The notes beneath the pieces are model-generated. The model did no database searches. It worked only from the letters and a program-made list of their open reading frames with translations, and was not told the origin of the DNA. A stretch of DNA of 36,612 nucleotides from Nemertoderma westbladi (Eukaryota > Animalia > Xenacoelomorpha), in assembly GCA_032718475.1 (NCBI GenBank), contig JAUCBJ010000743.1, positions 1 to 36,612 on the forward strand, given 5' to 3'. A program made the position numbers and the translations under genes. Below, one piece after another: positions 13,018-25,835 of this stretch (within the stretch, counting starts at the first letter, position 1; each line of letters starts with the position of its first letter).

Positions 13018-14192
13018 GTATGTTGTTAATAACAATAAATATATTTATTGAATGTAAATAAATGTTTGCTCTACTTTATCTATCATTCGTTCAGATAGCG
13101 AGGGACTTTCGACGCTAAAATTCATTCCTCACCAAGGGAAAATCGACGCAAATACAGCTGTTTACTGTGAAACTGTAACCTGTTCTATTGAGTTTCGTTT
13201 ATTGTTTTGGTTAGACTTAGAATGACGTGCCAATGTCAGACTGTAACCTGCTACTTTCCCTTAATTCGCCGAGGTAGATTTGCGTCCAGTTTTCCCCCGT
13301 ATCCCCATTCGTTTAATCGGTCCTATTATTTTATTTCTCTACTTTAACATATTTTAAAATATTTTTTATTTTGATTAGTAATAGACAAATATAACAATTT
13401 ATTACATGGAATGTAATATAATTTAACCGGCGGCAGAGATATGTATAATTTTACGCATCCTGTGCGTTGTTAACTATTATACATTAAATTAAATATACAG
13501 GGGCAAAAGGGAAATAAAGCTATTAGTTTCCCATTTCATGTGATACGTAATTTTATTCGTATTCCATTAAGTGGCTATGCAGCTCTTACTATCTTGCTTT
13601 GTGATATCAGCTGTAACACACAGTCCCTTATTGTACTGTAGTTCTTTTTTTCCCTGAAAAACAGTTTTCGTATTGTTTCGTTTTCTCCGGTGGAAATATG
13701 AAACGAAATCTTAAATCCGAACTTTACCTAAAAGTGTTGAATAGAAAGACAATTTTATGATTAAAGTTGTTTATTTCCATTTTGCCAATTTATGTACGAA
13801 ACACCTGTGTGTGTACTACTTTGTACTTACTCGTGCTTACTTAAGTATTATAGTCGAATAATGTTAGACCTCTCTGAGAGATATTGCGGTAGTTTTGTTT
13901 TCTTCTGCGATTCATTCTACACATTCAGATAAGTCATACACAAATTCGGGGAATATCGGCTTGGGTAAATTCTTTAATTAACTTCATTATCCTTTTCAAC
14001 AAGCTCAAGTTATTATGACTCATTTTTGCCAGTGGTGAAGTCATCCTTGTTTATGTCACTGAATATGTGTAAATTAAATCTCAAAAGAATATAATAAATA
14101 TATTGCAATGTTACCTTCCATAGTTAGTTAACCTACATGTCCTTCAGTGACTTGACCGCTAACTGCAGCTGCACTATTATTATTTAATTTAG

Positions 14193-15935
<1,743 letters not shown>

Positions 15936-16049
15936 TTTTTAGCAATAAAAGTTGCTCCGTGTGAGGGGGGCCTTAAAATGTATGGATGTTGTTAGCCATT
16001 GTAGGCCATCGCCCATTTCTTTGCTCTTAATCCGTTCAAGCTGTAATTT

Positions 16050-16625
16050 AGCAGATTTGCACTAGACCGTTAGATTGCCATTCAAAGTAGGGTAATCCGT
16101 CTGCAGTTCTCTAGTCTGCCGCTAGAGGCGAAATGGCTGAAAGTGAAATCCTTCACCCATTCCGTAATTTATTATCCATTCTGATTCTATCTAAACATTG
16201 TCATATGCTTGAACATATCATGTATCTTTGTGGAGTTGGTAATCGTTCTACAGTTCTCCAGTCTGCTACTAGAGGCCGACATCTACGAAGGTCATAACCT
16301 TCCGCATTTCCTTGAACTTAATCTGTTTAAGTTGAATCTTGGAATATGTACTAGACCACATGCTGCGTATTTTTGAGGGATGTAATTCATTTTCAGTTCT
16401 CCAGTCTGCCGCTAAAGGGCGAAATGTCTGAAAGTGAAAAACCTTCTCTCATTTCGTTATCCGTTCAAACTGAAACTTGGCAGATATACAAGGTAGACCG
16501 TAGACCATCATAGGCTGTGTCTTTGTTTAGACAGTAATCCCTTGTCAGTTCTCCAGTCTACCGCTAGTGGGCTGAAATGAAGACATTTTATGTCTGAAAT
16601 GAAAACCTTCAAACATTTCGTTTTG
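16050..16625. repeat. Degenerate ~147-bp tandem repeat, ~4 copies
   Basis: A cagttctccagtctgccgctag-like core recurs at ~16104, 16251, 16394 and 16546. Confidence 0.75.
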
Positions 16626-16916
16626 TTGTCTATAATCCTTTATTTTCTTCCTGATTGATACCTGGCACATTATTCTAGACCCCAGACTGAGTTTAGCTTA
16701 CAGTTTGTTGTTGTAGGAACAAATATGGATTTGATTAATATTCCTAATAAACATATTACTTACGGCTAATTATTGCAATATTAAAGTGATTAGTTCTACA
16801 AGATTAGATTCTAGGATCCCAACTCTTAAAGATCTCAAATGATTACTATGTTTATACTTTTGCTTGGAATATATAATTAATTAAACTGAAACAAACATTC
16901 GCATTATTAATTACAG

Positions 16917-17326
16917 GTAAAACCTTGTTGGCGAAGGCGGTAGCGGGTGAGGCCGGCGTCCCTATGATCAGTTCGAGCGGCTCCGAGTTCATGGAGATGT
17001 TCGTCGGGGTGGGGCCCGCCCGCATCCGGGAGATGTTCGAGACGGCGCGGAAGAAAGCCCCCTGCATCATCTTCATAGACGAGATCGACGCGGTGGGCCG
17101 GAAGCGCTCCGCGATATCCTTCGGCGGCGGCAACGAGCGGGAGAACACGCTGAACCAACTCCTCGTCGAGATGGACGGGTTTAACACCGCGGAGCAGCCC
17201 GTCATACTTCTCGCGGGGACCAATCGGGTGGACGTGTTGGACCCCGCGTTGTTACGACCCGGTCGTTTCGACAGACAGATCGCCCTCAGTCTTCCTGATA
17301 TTAAAGGACGAGCGAATATATTTAAG
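16917..17326 (+). CDS. AFG3L2: AFG3L2-like exon 3: AAA ATPase core
   Basis: TTACAG|GT completes GKT; FVG pore loop, Walker [12 protein letters not shown] motif [19 protein letters not shown]; donor AAG|GTTGTT. Confidence 0.95.
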
Positions 17327-17464
17327 GTTGTTAAATATCTCTAATTTATAGTCTGATTGGGGGGGGGGGGGGGGGGGGGTGCGGGTGTACAACAAAATAC
17401 ACAATCTATCACCCCGCCTAACTGAGACTCTTGTTCTATTTGCTGTTGCTTATTGTGTTTTTAG

Positions 17465-17635
17465 GTGCATCTTGAAGTTATTAAGACCGAAATCGACAAG
17501 GAGTCTTTGTCGAAGAAACTTGCATCAATGACTCCGGGGTTTAGCGGCGCCGATATCGCTAATATATGCAATGAATCCGCTCTTATAGCCGCGCGCTACA
17601 ACCAAAAAACTGTTCTTATGACACATTTTGATCAG
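17465..17635 (+). CDS. AFG3L2: AFG3L2-like exon 4: AAA lid
   Basis: TTTAG|GTG gives IFK-VHL; [22 protein letters not shown]; donor CAG|GTCAGT. Confidence 0.95.
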
Positions 17636-18220
17636 GTCAGTCGGATTTTATGTCGCTACATCTGTACTGTATCTATGATGTGTTGTGTATTAAATGGACT
17701 GCTGTGTGGGTTGTGGGTACCTGGGTACTGCTGAGGGACTAATGATTAACGAGCTGTCCGTCAGCTACCACATACATACATCCGGGAAACACCGCCCTAG
17801 ATTCTCAAATCCTTAAGAATTGGATTTCAGAGGTGGAATCATGGAGAAACTGATTGATGGCCCTTTCACACTCACTGAATTGAATAAAAGCGAATATCTG
17901 TTAGATTTGATGCGAATAGCTGGTCAGCTGAATGATTTTCTTAGTTATTGTGTTATTGATTTGACAGCTGTAATAGTTGAGAGAATTTAAATCGTAGATG
18001 GAAGTTGAATTGTGTTTCATGGCAACATTAATTCTGTGAGTGGAGCTATAAAACATTTGAACGGCCCGGTAACCTGAAGCAGATTCTCTGAGTTGGCTGA
18101 GGAGACCAATCAGCTGTAATTTTTACATTTCAAACTGTAATGTTAGCCAAAGGAGAATCATTATGAAACTAAGTAAACATATAGTCTTAGTAAACTAAAC
18201 TTGAATAAATTGGGAATTGG

Positions 18221-18327
18221 GCGCTAACCAGTTCAGCCACTTGCCCCTGACAGCCTGTCCCTGTTCAATAGAAGTGGATTAGGTGCGAGAGTGAATGTCA
18301 GGGACAAGTGGCTGAACTGGTTAGCGC
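18221..18327. repeat. 32-bp inverted repeat (31/32 match) with a 43-nt loop
   Basis: 18221-18252 gcgctaaccagttcagccacttgcccctgaca versus 18296-18327 tgtcagggacaagtggctgaactggttagcgc. Confidence 0.95.
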
Positions 18328-18403
18328 TACTGATGAGGCCTGTTAGGCCGAAACGTACGTATAGCGCTGGTTCAACCCCTGGGGACGTACTTTCTCAGTT
18401 TTT
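18309..18403 (+). promoter_or_regulatory. Putative internal Pol III promoter (A box, B box) with T5 terminator around the hammerhead
   Basis: TGGCTGAACTGG at 18309-18320 fits TRGCNNARY(N)GG; GGTTCAACCCC at 18369-18379 fits GGTTCRANNCC; TTTTT at 18399-18403. Confidence 0.55.
18323..18368 (+). ncRNA. Minimal type I hammerhead ribozyme
   Basis: Stem I AGCGCUA/UAGCGCU; core CUGAUGA at 18330-18336; stem II GGCCU-GUU-AGGCC; GAAA; short palindromic stem III CGUACG; GUA cleavage triplet (cut predicted after 18361). Confidence 0.9.
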
Positions 18404-18634
18404 CCACTTCTGAACAAAACCATTTACATTACATCATTAGTTAACTTGGCAAACAAAGTACAGTACTTCTATGTAGCTTGGCCTTCGCTATTGAAAAGCA
18501 TAACTAGGCCATCGCTATCTGTACCAGCTGGTGTTTTTATTGTTGCGTCTCGCCTATTATTTTGCTTTAATCCCCTTTTATAGCCACAGGATATCGGTAA
18601 CAGTTCCGTATAGCACTACATTTTTATAACATAA

Positions 18635-19261
18635 ATCATTGTTATTATGGCAACATTGTTAGAGTTTTAGAACAAAATATAAATATTATACACTATTCTA
18701 GAACATAAATTAAAAAAAATATATAATGTTCTAGAACATATAGCTAGTTATTTTTCAAATTTAAATTGCAAGTAATTAAAAAAATTATTAAACTAATTTT
18801 TGGGGTGCGAAAAGCACAAGTCAAATTAAGGCAATTAAAAGACAGGTACGGAGAAAAATAATAAAAATCTACGACGCCCAGAGCTTTGTGTGAGGAGTGC
18901 TTTAACTATGAAAAGAAATTATCCAGAAAAACTGACAGAATACATGTGGAGGCAACACATAAGAAAAGGAAAATCAAACGGATTCCATGAGATACTAAAG
19001 GCCAACAAAAGCCAATTTCCAATGGATAAATAAACTAATTAGTTACATCACTATACAAAAACTATGAATTTAAATGTACTAAAAATTGTACCTAAAATTT
19101 GGTTAAACATTTTTTGTTAAATTTACTAGCTATGGCAAAATTAAAAAAACTAGCTATATGTTCTAGTACATTATATTTTTTATTTTATTTATGTTCTAGA
19201 ATAGTATATAATACTTTTATATTGTTCTAGAACTCTTCAACGTTGCCATAGTAACAATGAT
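18635..19261 (+). mobile_element. Internally deleted TIR DNA transposon with a Merlin/IS1595-like transposase C-terminal remnant
   Basis: ~115-bp imperfect TIRs. 18908-19033 reads MKRNYPEKLTEYMWRQHIRKGKSNGFHEILKANKSQFPMDK*, resembling the L.EF.WR...F..IL tail of Merlin transposases. Confidence 0.6.
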
Positions 19262-19604
19262 ATATTACCTAAATAATTTGAAAATACTGTAGAAGGCATT
19301 GATTATGACAGATACAGTTGTTTGCTAAAACTAACTAACTTTTTTCAAATTCGACAATGTTGCAAATTTTTATATTCTGCATAATATGCGAAGTACAGTA
19401 TAAGTATAATTTTTCTAAGCTGCGTGTATATTTCAATTATAACTACAATCTAATTTTAATGTTTATAGATAATTAAACAATTATTTATTACACATAACAA
19501 ATAATTTCTTAAAAATTTTTTTTTAAAATAATTAGCTGACTTGCAAAATCACTATATAGCAAGCCAGAAAATTAGTACTTATTAATGTTTATAGATAATT
19601 AAAC

Positions 19605-20224
19605 GGCAACAGCCTCGCCCGTCCCCCCATATTCATATTTTTTTACTAAGCAGTTTTTTTAATGTTATAGAACGTGTCACGTGCAAAAAAATATATTTAT
19701 TGTTTATGGTAGCTAGTATTTTTTGTCTAGGTAGTGTTTGAAAAAAAATTTACTAGCTATTTTTAAGTGCAGTTTTATTATTTCAAAAAATAAAAGATGC
19801 CTTTATCTAATGAAACATGACATTCTAGAATATTTTGTTACATGCAAAGTAAAAAACTGTCAAAAAAGTTGAAGGAAATAAAAGCACTAGTGCGCAAGAA
19901 AATGAACAAGATAAACATATACAATGAGCGATCCAAGTGTAACTTGTGTCAGGAGGATGCCGAAAAATTCAGTGTTACCGGTACAATGATAAAATACATA
20001 ATTATACAGAATAAATAAAATATACATTTTCCACGTTTTAAAAATGTTCTAGAACAGAACAAAACATAACTCTAGATAATATCATAATTAAAAATGACCA
20101 TTATGAAATGTTCTATATAATAATAGAACACTTTACACAAACACTAAAAGGTAACAGCTAGCTCAATAGCAAACTTGTACATTTTGGTATAAAATTAGAA
20201 TGGGGAACGGGCGGAACTCTAGCC
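19605..20224. mobile_element. Non-autonomous TIR element (GGC...GCC termini)
   Basis: ggcaacagcctcgcccgtccccccat is an imperfect inverted match to atggggaacgggcggaactctagcc. An empty-site paralog lies at 19457-19495. Confidence 0.65.
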
Positions 20225-20599
20225 AATTATAATTATTTATTACATGGGAATAAAAGTATAACTTTTTTTCACTATTCTCGAGGCATTTTAATAAAGGGTT
20301 GAGAGAATATTGAAAAAAAATGTCTACGTTTTTTTCCCATGTATTACGTAATTTTATTCTTCAATTGGTACTTTTTTTGTTGCTTAATTATTATTTAATA
20401 AAACGTACAGAGACATAGTGGTACACGTTGTGGGGTCTTCGAGCAGCACGTGTTCAAATGTTCAATGAAAGCACCTGTACGTACAGTATGTAAGCTACTA
20501 TAAAGTAATATACTTAAATTCAAGCTAACCAATTACAGCACAAACAAATTATAATAACTGAATAAAACATATGTAAATTTATTTTTATATATATATAGC

Positions 20600-22300
20600 T
20601 CAGGCTGGGTACGTCCTCAAAAACTTTTGGAATTTAACCAAGGTTAAGCGCACTCCTTCAGCACCCCAACAGGTCTGTGCTGTAGACTGGTCCTCACATT
20701 TCAACTCCCTACAAACCCGGGATGTCGACACAAAACTTCCTGATTTACCTAGCCAGCCAGTCCCGGATCTGGATCGTCCAATCGAAGCAGTGGAGGTGAC
20801 TTCTGCCATTAGGAACCATAACCATTAGGAGCCATTAGCCATAAGAACCATAAGGCTGCTGGTCCCGATGGTGTTTCGAATGAATCGCTAAAGTTTGGCT
20901 TTGGCATCCTCCTTCCTTTCCTCCTCATCTTATTTTCTAGATGTTTCTCCGCTGCAGTCTGCCCAATTGTCTGGCTGACCTCGTATTTATTGCCCCTGCA
21001 CAAGGGGGAGGGGCCTAAGAGCTCTCCTAACTTTTACCGCGGCATTGCCTTACTATCCTGTCTACTATAGGCTTATACTACAATCCTTTTCAACAGACTA
21101 TATACCTGGGCAGGATCCGCCAGATTCCTCCCAGACTGCCAGTTTGGGTTTCGGAAAAGACGCCCAACAATCAAGGCAGGCACAAGTCTAATCTCCCAGA
21201 TACAGCAGGCCCTGAGTACACCACGGGGCAACAAATACTGTGTTTTCGTGGATTTTACTAAGGCGTTCGATTCCGTTAATAGAAAGAAACTTTGTTGGGG
21301 GTGAGCCGGGCTTTTATCGCTGCCCTGTGGGCATTATTAGCCACCAACTTCGTTTGTATCTGTCTAGGGTTATACATTTTGGACCCGATAACTGAATCCA
21401 TTGGTGTGATCCAAGGGGACAAGCTTTTTCCTTTGCTTTTTAGTTTGTTCCTAGCCGATCTTCCAACTGTTTTAGCCGCAGCATGTAGTGGCCTATTACT
21501 ATTTATGTACGCAGATGACGTCGCCATTGTTGGAAACACGATCGCCAAAGTCCAGGCTGGTCTCGACACTTTAATGGACTACTGTAAAGAAAACGACATC
21601 ATCGTTAATTAGAAGAAAACCAAAGCCATCAAATTCTGCTGAGGGGGTCGTCTCTGCCGCTCGGACAAACTCACTTACTGCGGCTCACCTATTGAGTTCG
21701 TCAACTCCTTTGAGTATCTCGGAGTAGTGCTCACACCCACAGTTTGTTCTTCGTGGCACTACAGTCATCTATATAAACGCGGCATCTCTGCCTGCATCCG
21801 CCTGGCGACTACAATTAATTTTAATTTAATCTCGATAACATCAACAAAGCGCCTATGGCACCAGGTAATTGCCCCTTCCACAACCTACGGATGTTGTGTG
21901 TATGGCAGTAATGCTGACGATGCCCATAATTTAGAACATGTAGTGAAACTCCGTGCTTTCTTCTGGAAACTTTGGTGCGGGATCAGCAAGTACTCCAGCT
22001 CCACAGCCTATACTAAATGCTGTGGATAACCCACCGGACCGAAGCGATCCTTCATTACTTTCACATCCAAAACTGACTGGCATCAGGCGTCGAGCAGCTG
22101 CCCAGTTCATCAGTAATGGGTCGCACCACAAGTTCTGCCGGGACAAAAAGTGTTGGAAGGCGACACCCGCATGCATCTGTCTTTTCTGTGGGGATGCGGC
22201 TACAGAGTTGGACCACGCGGTCCACTGCACAGGTCTTCCCTCTCTCCCAAACATCCTTAAAAAGGCGCTGGCCCTTTACATCTCGAAACGACCTGGCTAA
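20600..22300 (+). mobile_element. 5'-truncated, decayed non-LTR retrotransposon (LINE) reverse transcriptase
   Basis: KAAGPDG, YRGIALLS, QFGFR, FVDFTKAFDSV, GVIQGD..PLLF, YADD, FEYLGV and C-terminal CxxC..H...C motifs, with several stops and frameshifts. Clade not determined. Confidence 0.92.
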
Positions 22301-22439
22301 CTCATCATTTTTAACATGTTTTAATAGTCTGAATTAATTTTTATTTATCTATTTATTCTTAGTTTTACTGTAAATTATGTACTTTTTATTGCTCCAAAAT
22401 GGTTTGGATTAAAGAAACAATATTCATTAAATAGAATAT

Positions 22440-22828
22440 AATAGCCTCGCGCAGGTGCAGGCGCATACCATGCAAAATTTGAACGCCCATATCTCAGCTA
22501 TTTTTCAACGAAATTCAAATTGTGTTACATATTTGGAATCCTTGCAGGGCCAGCTTTCCATTGGTACAAACAAACAGCTATACAAGGTAGAAGAATTACT
22601 GCGGTGTAACTGGTGTAATATCTCTGGAGACACTTTTCTTTAAACGCTTGTAGCTAAAGATTGAAAGCAAAAATAAAAATTCTGGCTCATCCAGTCAGTG
22701 GTCGGGAGGTGAAACTATCTCTGTTTCAAATTTCATGCAATCTCATTACGATTTGTAAAAAAATTAGGGGGGGGGGGGGGTGTAGGCGTGTCACTGAATT
22801 ACGACACTATATTCTGGGACATGGTGTA
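22440..22828. mobile_element. Probable Tc1/mariner-type non-autonomous fragment
   Basis: Ends in ctgggacatggtgta, similar to TACAGGGTGTCCCA-type termini. Only one end seen. Confidence 0.35.
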
Positions 22829-22834
22829 CAGTAG

Positions 22835-23453
22835 TACAGACTGACAGTAAGACCGACAGACAGACAGACTAGATTTATGTAAACGTGTAAACTGACATCA
22901 GAAATGAAATCAGCAACCCTTAAAACCCCCATAGCGGGAATGTTGGTTAGTTAGTATACTTTCTTAAGTTTTGACAGACAGACTGACTGACAATAAGACC
23001 GACAAACAGACAGACTAGATTTATGTAAACCTGAAAACTGACATCAGAATTGAAATCAGCAACCCTTAAAACCCCCATAGCGGGAATGTTGGTTAGTTAG
23101 TATACTTTCTTAAGTTTTGACAGACAGACTGACTGACAAAAAGACCGACAAACAGACAGACTAGATTTATGTAAACCTGAAAACTGACATCAGAATTGAA
23201 ATCAGCACCCCTTAAAACCCACATAACGAGAATGTTAGTTAGTTTGTATTCTTTTTTAAGTTTTGACAGACTGACTGACTGACTAACAGAAAGACCGACA
23301 AACAGACAGACTAGATTTATGTAAACCTGAAAACTGACATCAGAATTGAAATCAGCACCCCTTAAAACCCACATAGCGAGAATGTTAGTTAATTTGAATT
23401 ATTTTTTATTTTTTTAATATTAAAACAATAAAATAGGACATGGGGTCTATTCC
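22835..23453. repeat. Four ~146-bp tandem units with GACA microsatellite; DINE-1/HINE-like or MITE family
   Basis: cagacagactagatttatg at 22861, 23007, 23153 and 23303; related copies at 25712-25835 and ~33930-34005. Confidence 0.85.
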
Positions 23454-23714
23454 CTCAGATACTACCTAGCATTTAGGGCCACTTGGGCCACTGTTAGTAC
23501 TCAGACACTAGGCCCATCAAAAAACAAAATACCAAATCGATTTTAGTGCTACATAACCCAACCCAACTACCACAAGAAAAATTGCACCAAACCATACAGT
23601 AACTACAGGTTCCGGTAAGTATTGCACGAAATAGGCTATCCCATAAATTACGAAAAATATAGGACATGAAAGACGAAAAGGTAAGTCTAAGTAATAAATT
23701 TTTATAAAAATAAA

Positions 23715-23786
23715 AGGGTTTCGGAGATTTAAACACTGAACCCTGGGATTCGTGGTTCTCCTCATCAGCAGTGTGCCACGAACCCC
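23715..23786 (-). ncRNA. Rearranged (non-circularly permuted) hammerhead ribozyme candidate
   Basis: Minus strand reads GGGGUUCGUGG C ACACUG CUGAUGA GGAGA A CCACGAAUCCC AGGG UU CAGUGU UUAAA UCUCC GAAA CCCU. All core nucleotides and stems I, II and III are present, plus an extra 11-bp helix. Confidence 0.8.
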
Positions 23787-24189
23787 ACCTCTACCCTAAC
23801 AAAACTGCACCACTAAATTAAGACAATGACCAATAAATTAGAAATCCTACCGTACCACCGAACAGAGATGAAACCACCCACCCCCAATAGACATTCGGCT
23901 TCACATTATCTATTATCAAATTATCTCTGGCCGTCTATTTATTTCACTTCATTATGACATAATTATATCATAAGCATTGTCATATACCGGTATCCTTTCA
24001 TATTTCATTGCGTTAGGGTGTACAAAATGCGAAGTGCGGAATGCGAAGTGCGGAGTTCGAAGTGCGGAGTTCGAAGTGCGGTTATCAAACTGTGGCAAAA
24101 GGTGGGTTCTGTCATATACATATATATCGGCATCAAACACGGTTAATAATAATAAACAGTTTTTTCTAATCATTATAATTTAGAATTCG

Positions 24190-25075
24190 ATATACAACAA
24201 TATACAACAACTCGAAGTCTGACAGTCAGTATTACCCTAAATTTTCCTTCTAGTGCCGGCAAACCGGTCTTAGTCCTAAATCTAAAATCAGAAGTTCCCC
24301 TCTTTTGACACCGGTCCAGTCTGGATGTCAGTACTATCCGCTATTTGCGTGTCACAAAAATAATTAGGTCCACAATTAATTAACAATTACGAAGGCAACA
24401 GATTTGACACTTACATCACCACCCCGATTAATGCTTCACAGGGCATTTATCTAAATTATGACTCTTGTGTCAAATAAATTTACGACATTAATTGTAAGTC
24501 AGTTCAACAACACAAAGCAATAAAGAATCAATTATTTTGATACAGAATGTTATAAAATATATATTTATTTATTTCAATCAAATACAAGAAGACTCCAATA
24601 AGCACAACTCCGAGATCCCGCGTTTTAAGATATTCTTCTTTGTCTGAACTTTCACAGATCGAACACTGTTGTCACGACCTTTAAAGGTTTCAATCACGCG
24701 ACCTAAAGGCCATTGACCTCTAGGATATCTTTCATCGAGTAAGAGAACCACATCATTGACTTTCAAATTCGTCAATTTATGGAACCACTTCTGCCGTTCT
24801 TGAAGTAGTGGTAAATATTCCTTGACCCATCGTTGCCAAAATCGGTCAGCGAGGTATTGGGCTTGTCTCCAACCTCTTCTTGGATAGTTGATATCAGATT
24901 TCGTAAAGACATCGATTGGTAAATAGTTGCAGGGTCTCAATAACAATAAATGGTTTGGTGTAATCACTGCATCATCATTTGGATCATCGCTATTTGTTGT
25001 CAATGGCCTTCCATTTATTATTGACTCAGTTATGGCCATAAGGGTAAACAATGTATCGTCATTCACAATTTGTTC
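24190..25075 (-). mobile_element. Bel/Pao 3' end: integrase C-terminus (DUF5641-like), polypurine tract and start of the 3' LTR
   Basis: ORF 24578-25066 has INGRPLT, ITPNHLL, FWQRWVKEYLPLLQERQKW and WPLGRV. CGGGGTGGTGA (24426-24416) is followed by TGTAAG at 24415. The far end of the LTR is approximate. Confidence 0.88.
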
Positions 25076-25352
25076 ACGTTATCAAACTGTGATATAAGAA
25101 TTGTAATTCGGGGGAGTGAATACCCTTTGAATAATTTGGGCCGATTGCCCTACTAAATTTGGAAATTCCCCAAATTTGGAAGATTTGTTAGCTTTGGGCT
25201 GATGTCCAAATTGGGTACTACTGACATTGATATACTTGGACCGATTGTCCAAATCTGGAAGATTTCTTTTTACTAATTTGGACCGAATGTCCATATTTGG
25301 AACTTTCAGTTAGAATTTTGGACCAATGTCCTAATTTGATATATTTGTGATA

Positions 25353-25613
25353 ATGTCTGGAATAGGAAATATTGCATCATTAAAAAAGTCCCGAAATGGT
25401 TATTTAGCCAATCTAATAAGAGCCTATAATGAGGCAAAGAGATTAATGCAAGCTAATGCTGATTATGATATTGTGAGGCTTGCGATCAAGACAATTGATG
25501 AAGTTTATGAGCGTTTTTGTTATGCGCATGATTCTTATGTGTCAGCATTGGAAACTACTGCTGATATAGATGAAGCGAAAACATATTTATTTAATGTTAA
25601 ACAAAATTCACAG
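25353..25613 (+). pseudogene. Bel/Pao Gag N-terminal fragment
   Basis: LKKSRNGYLANLIRAYNEAKRLM...YERFCYAHDSYVSAL resembles Bel/Pao Gag N-terminal helices; cut off by a repeat at ~25614. Confidence 0.55.
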
Positions 25614-25835
25614 ACATGGGGAATAGACCCCATGTCCTATTTTATTGTTTTAATATTAATATTATAATCCCTCTAAAGTCGTGGTTGTCAACATCATATA
25701 ATTTTTATTTTTTGACAGACTGACTAACAGAATGACCGACAGACAAACAGACTAGATTTATGTACTGTAAACGTGAAAACTGACATCAGAAATGTAATCA
25801 GCACCCCTTAAAACCCCCACAGTGAGAATGTTAGC
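25614..25835. mobile_element. Fragment of the GACA-repeat family with a terminal hairpin
   Basis: Hairpin gacatgggg-aataga-ccccatgtc; 25619-25660 is inverted relative to 23413-23453; one repeat unit follows. Confidence 0.7.

Noticed and set aside
18301-18390. Functional tRNA gene
   Set aside because: A/B-box-like motifs are present, but there is no anticodon arm or proper acceptor and T stems; the centre is a hammerhead.
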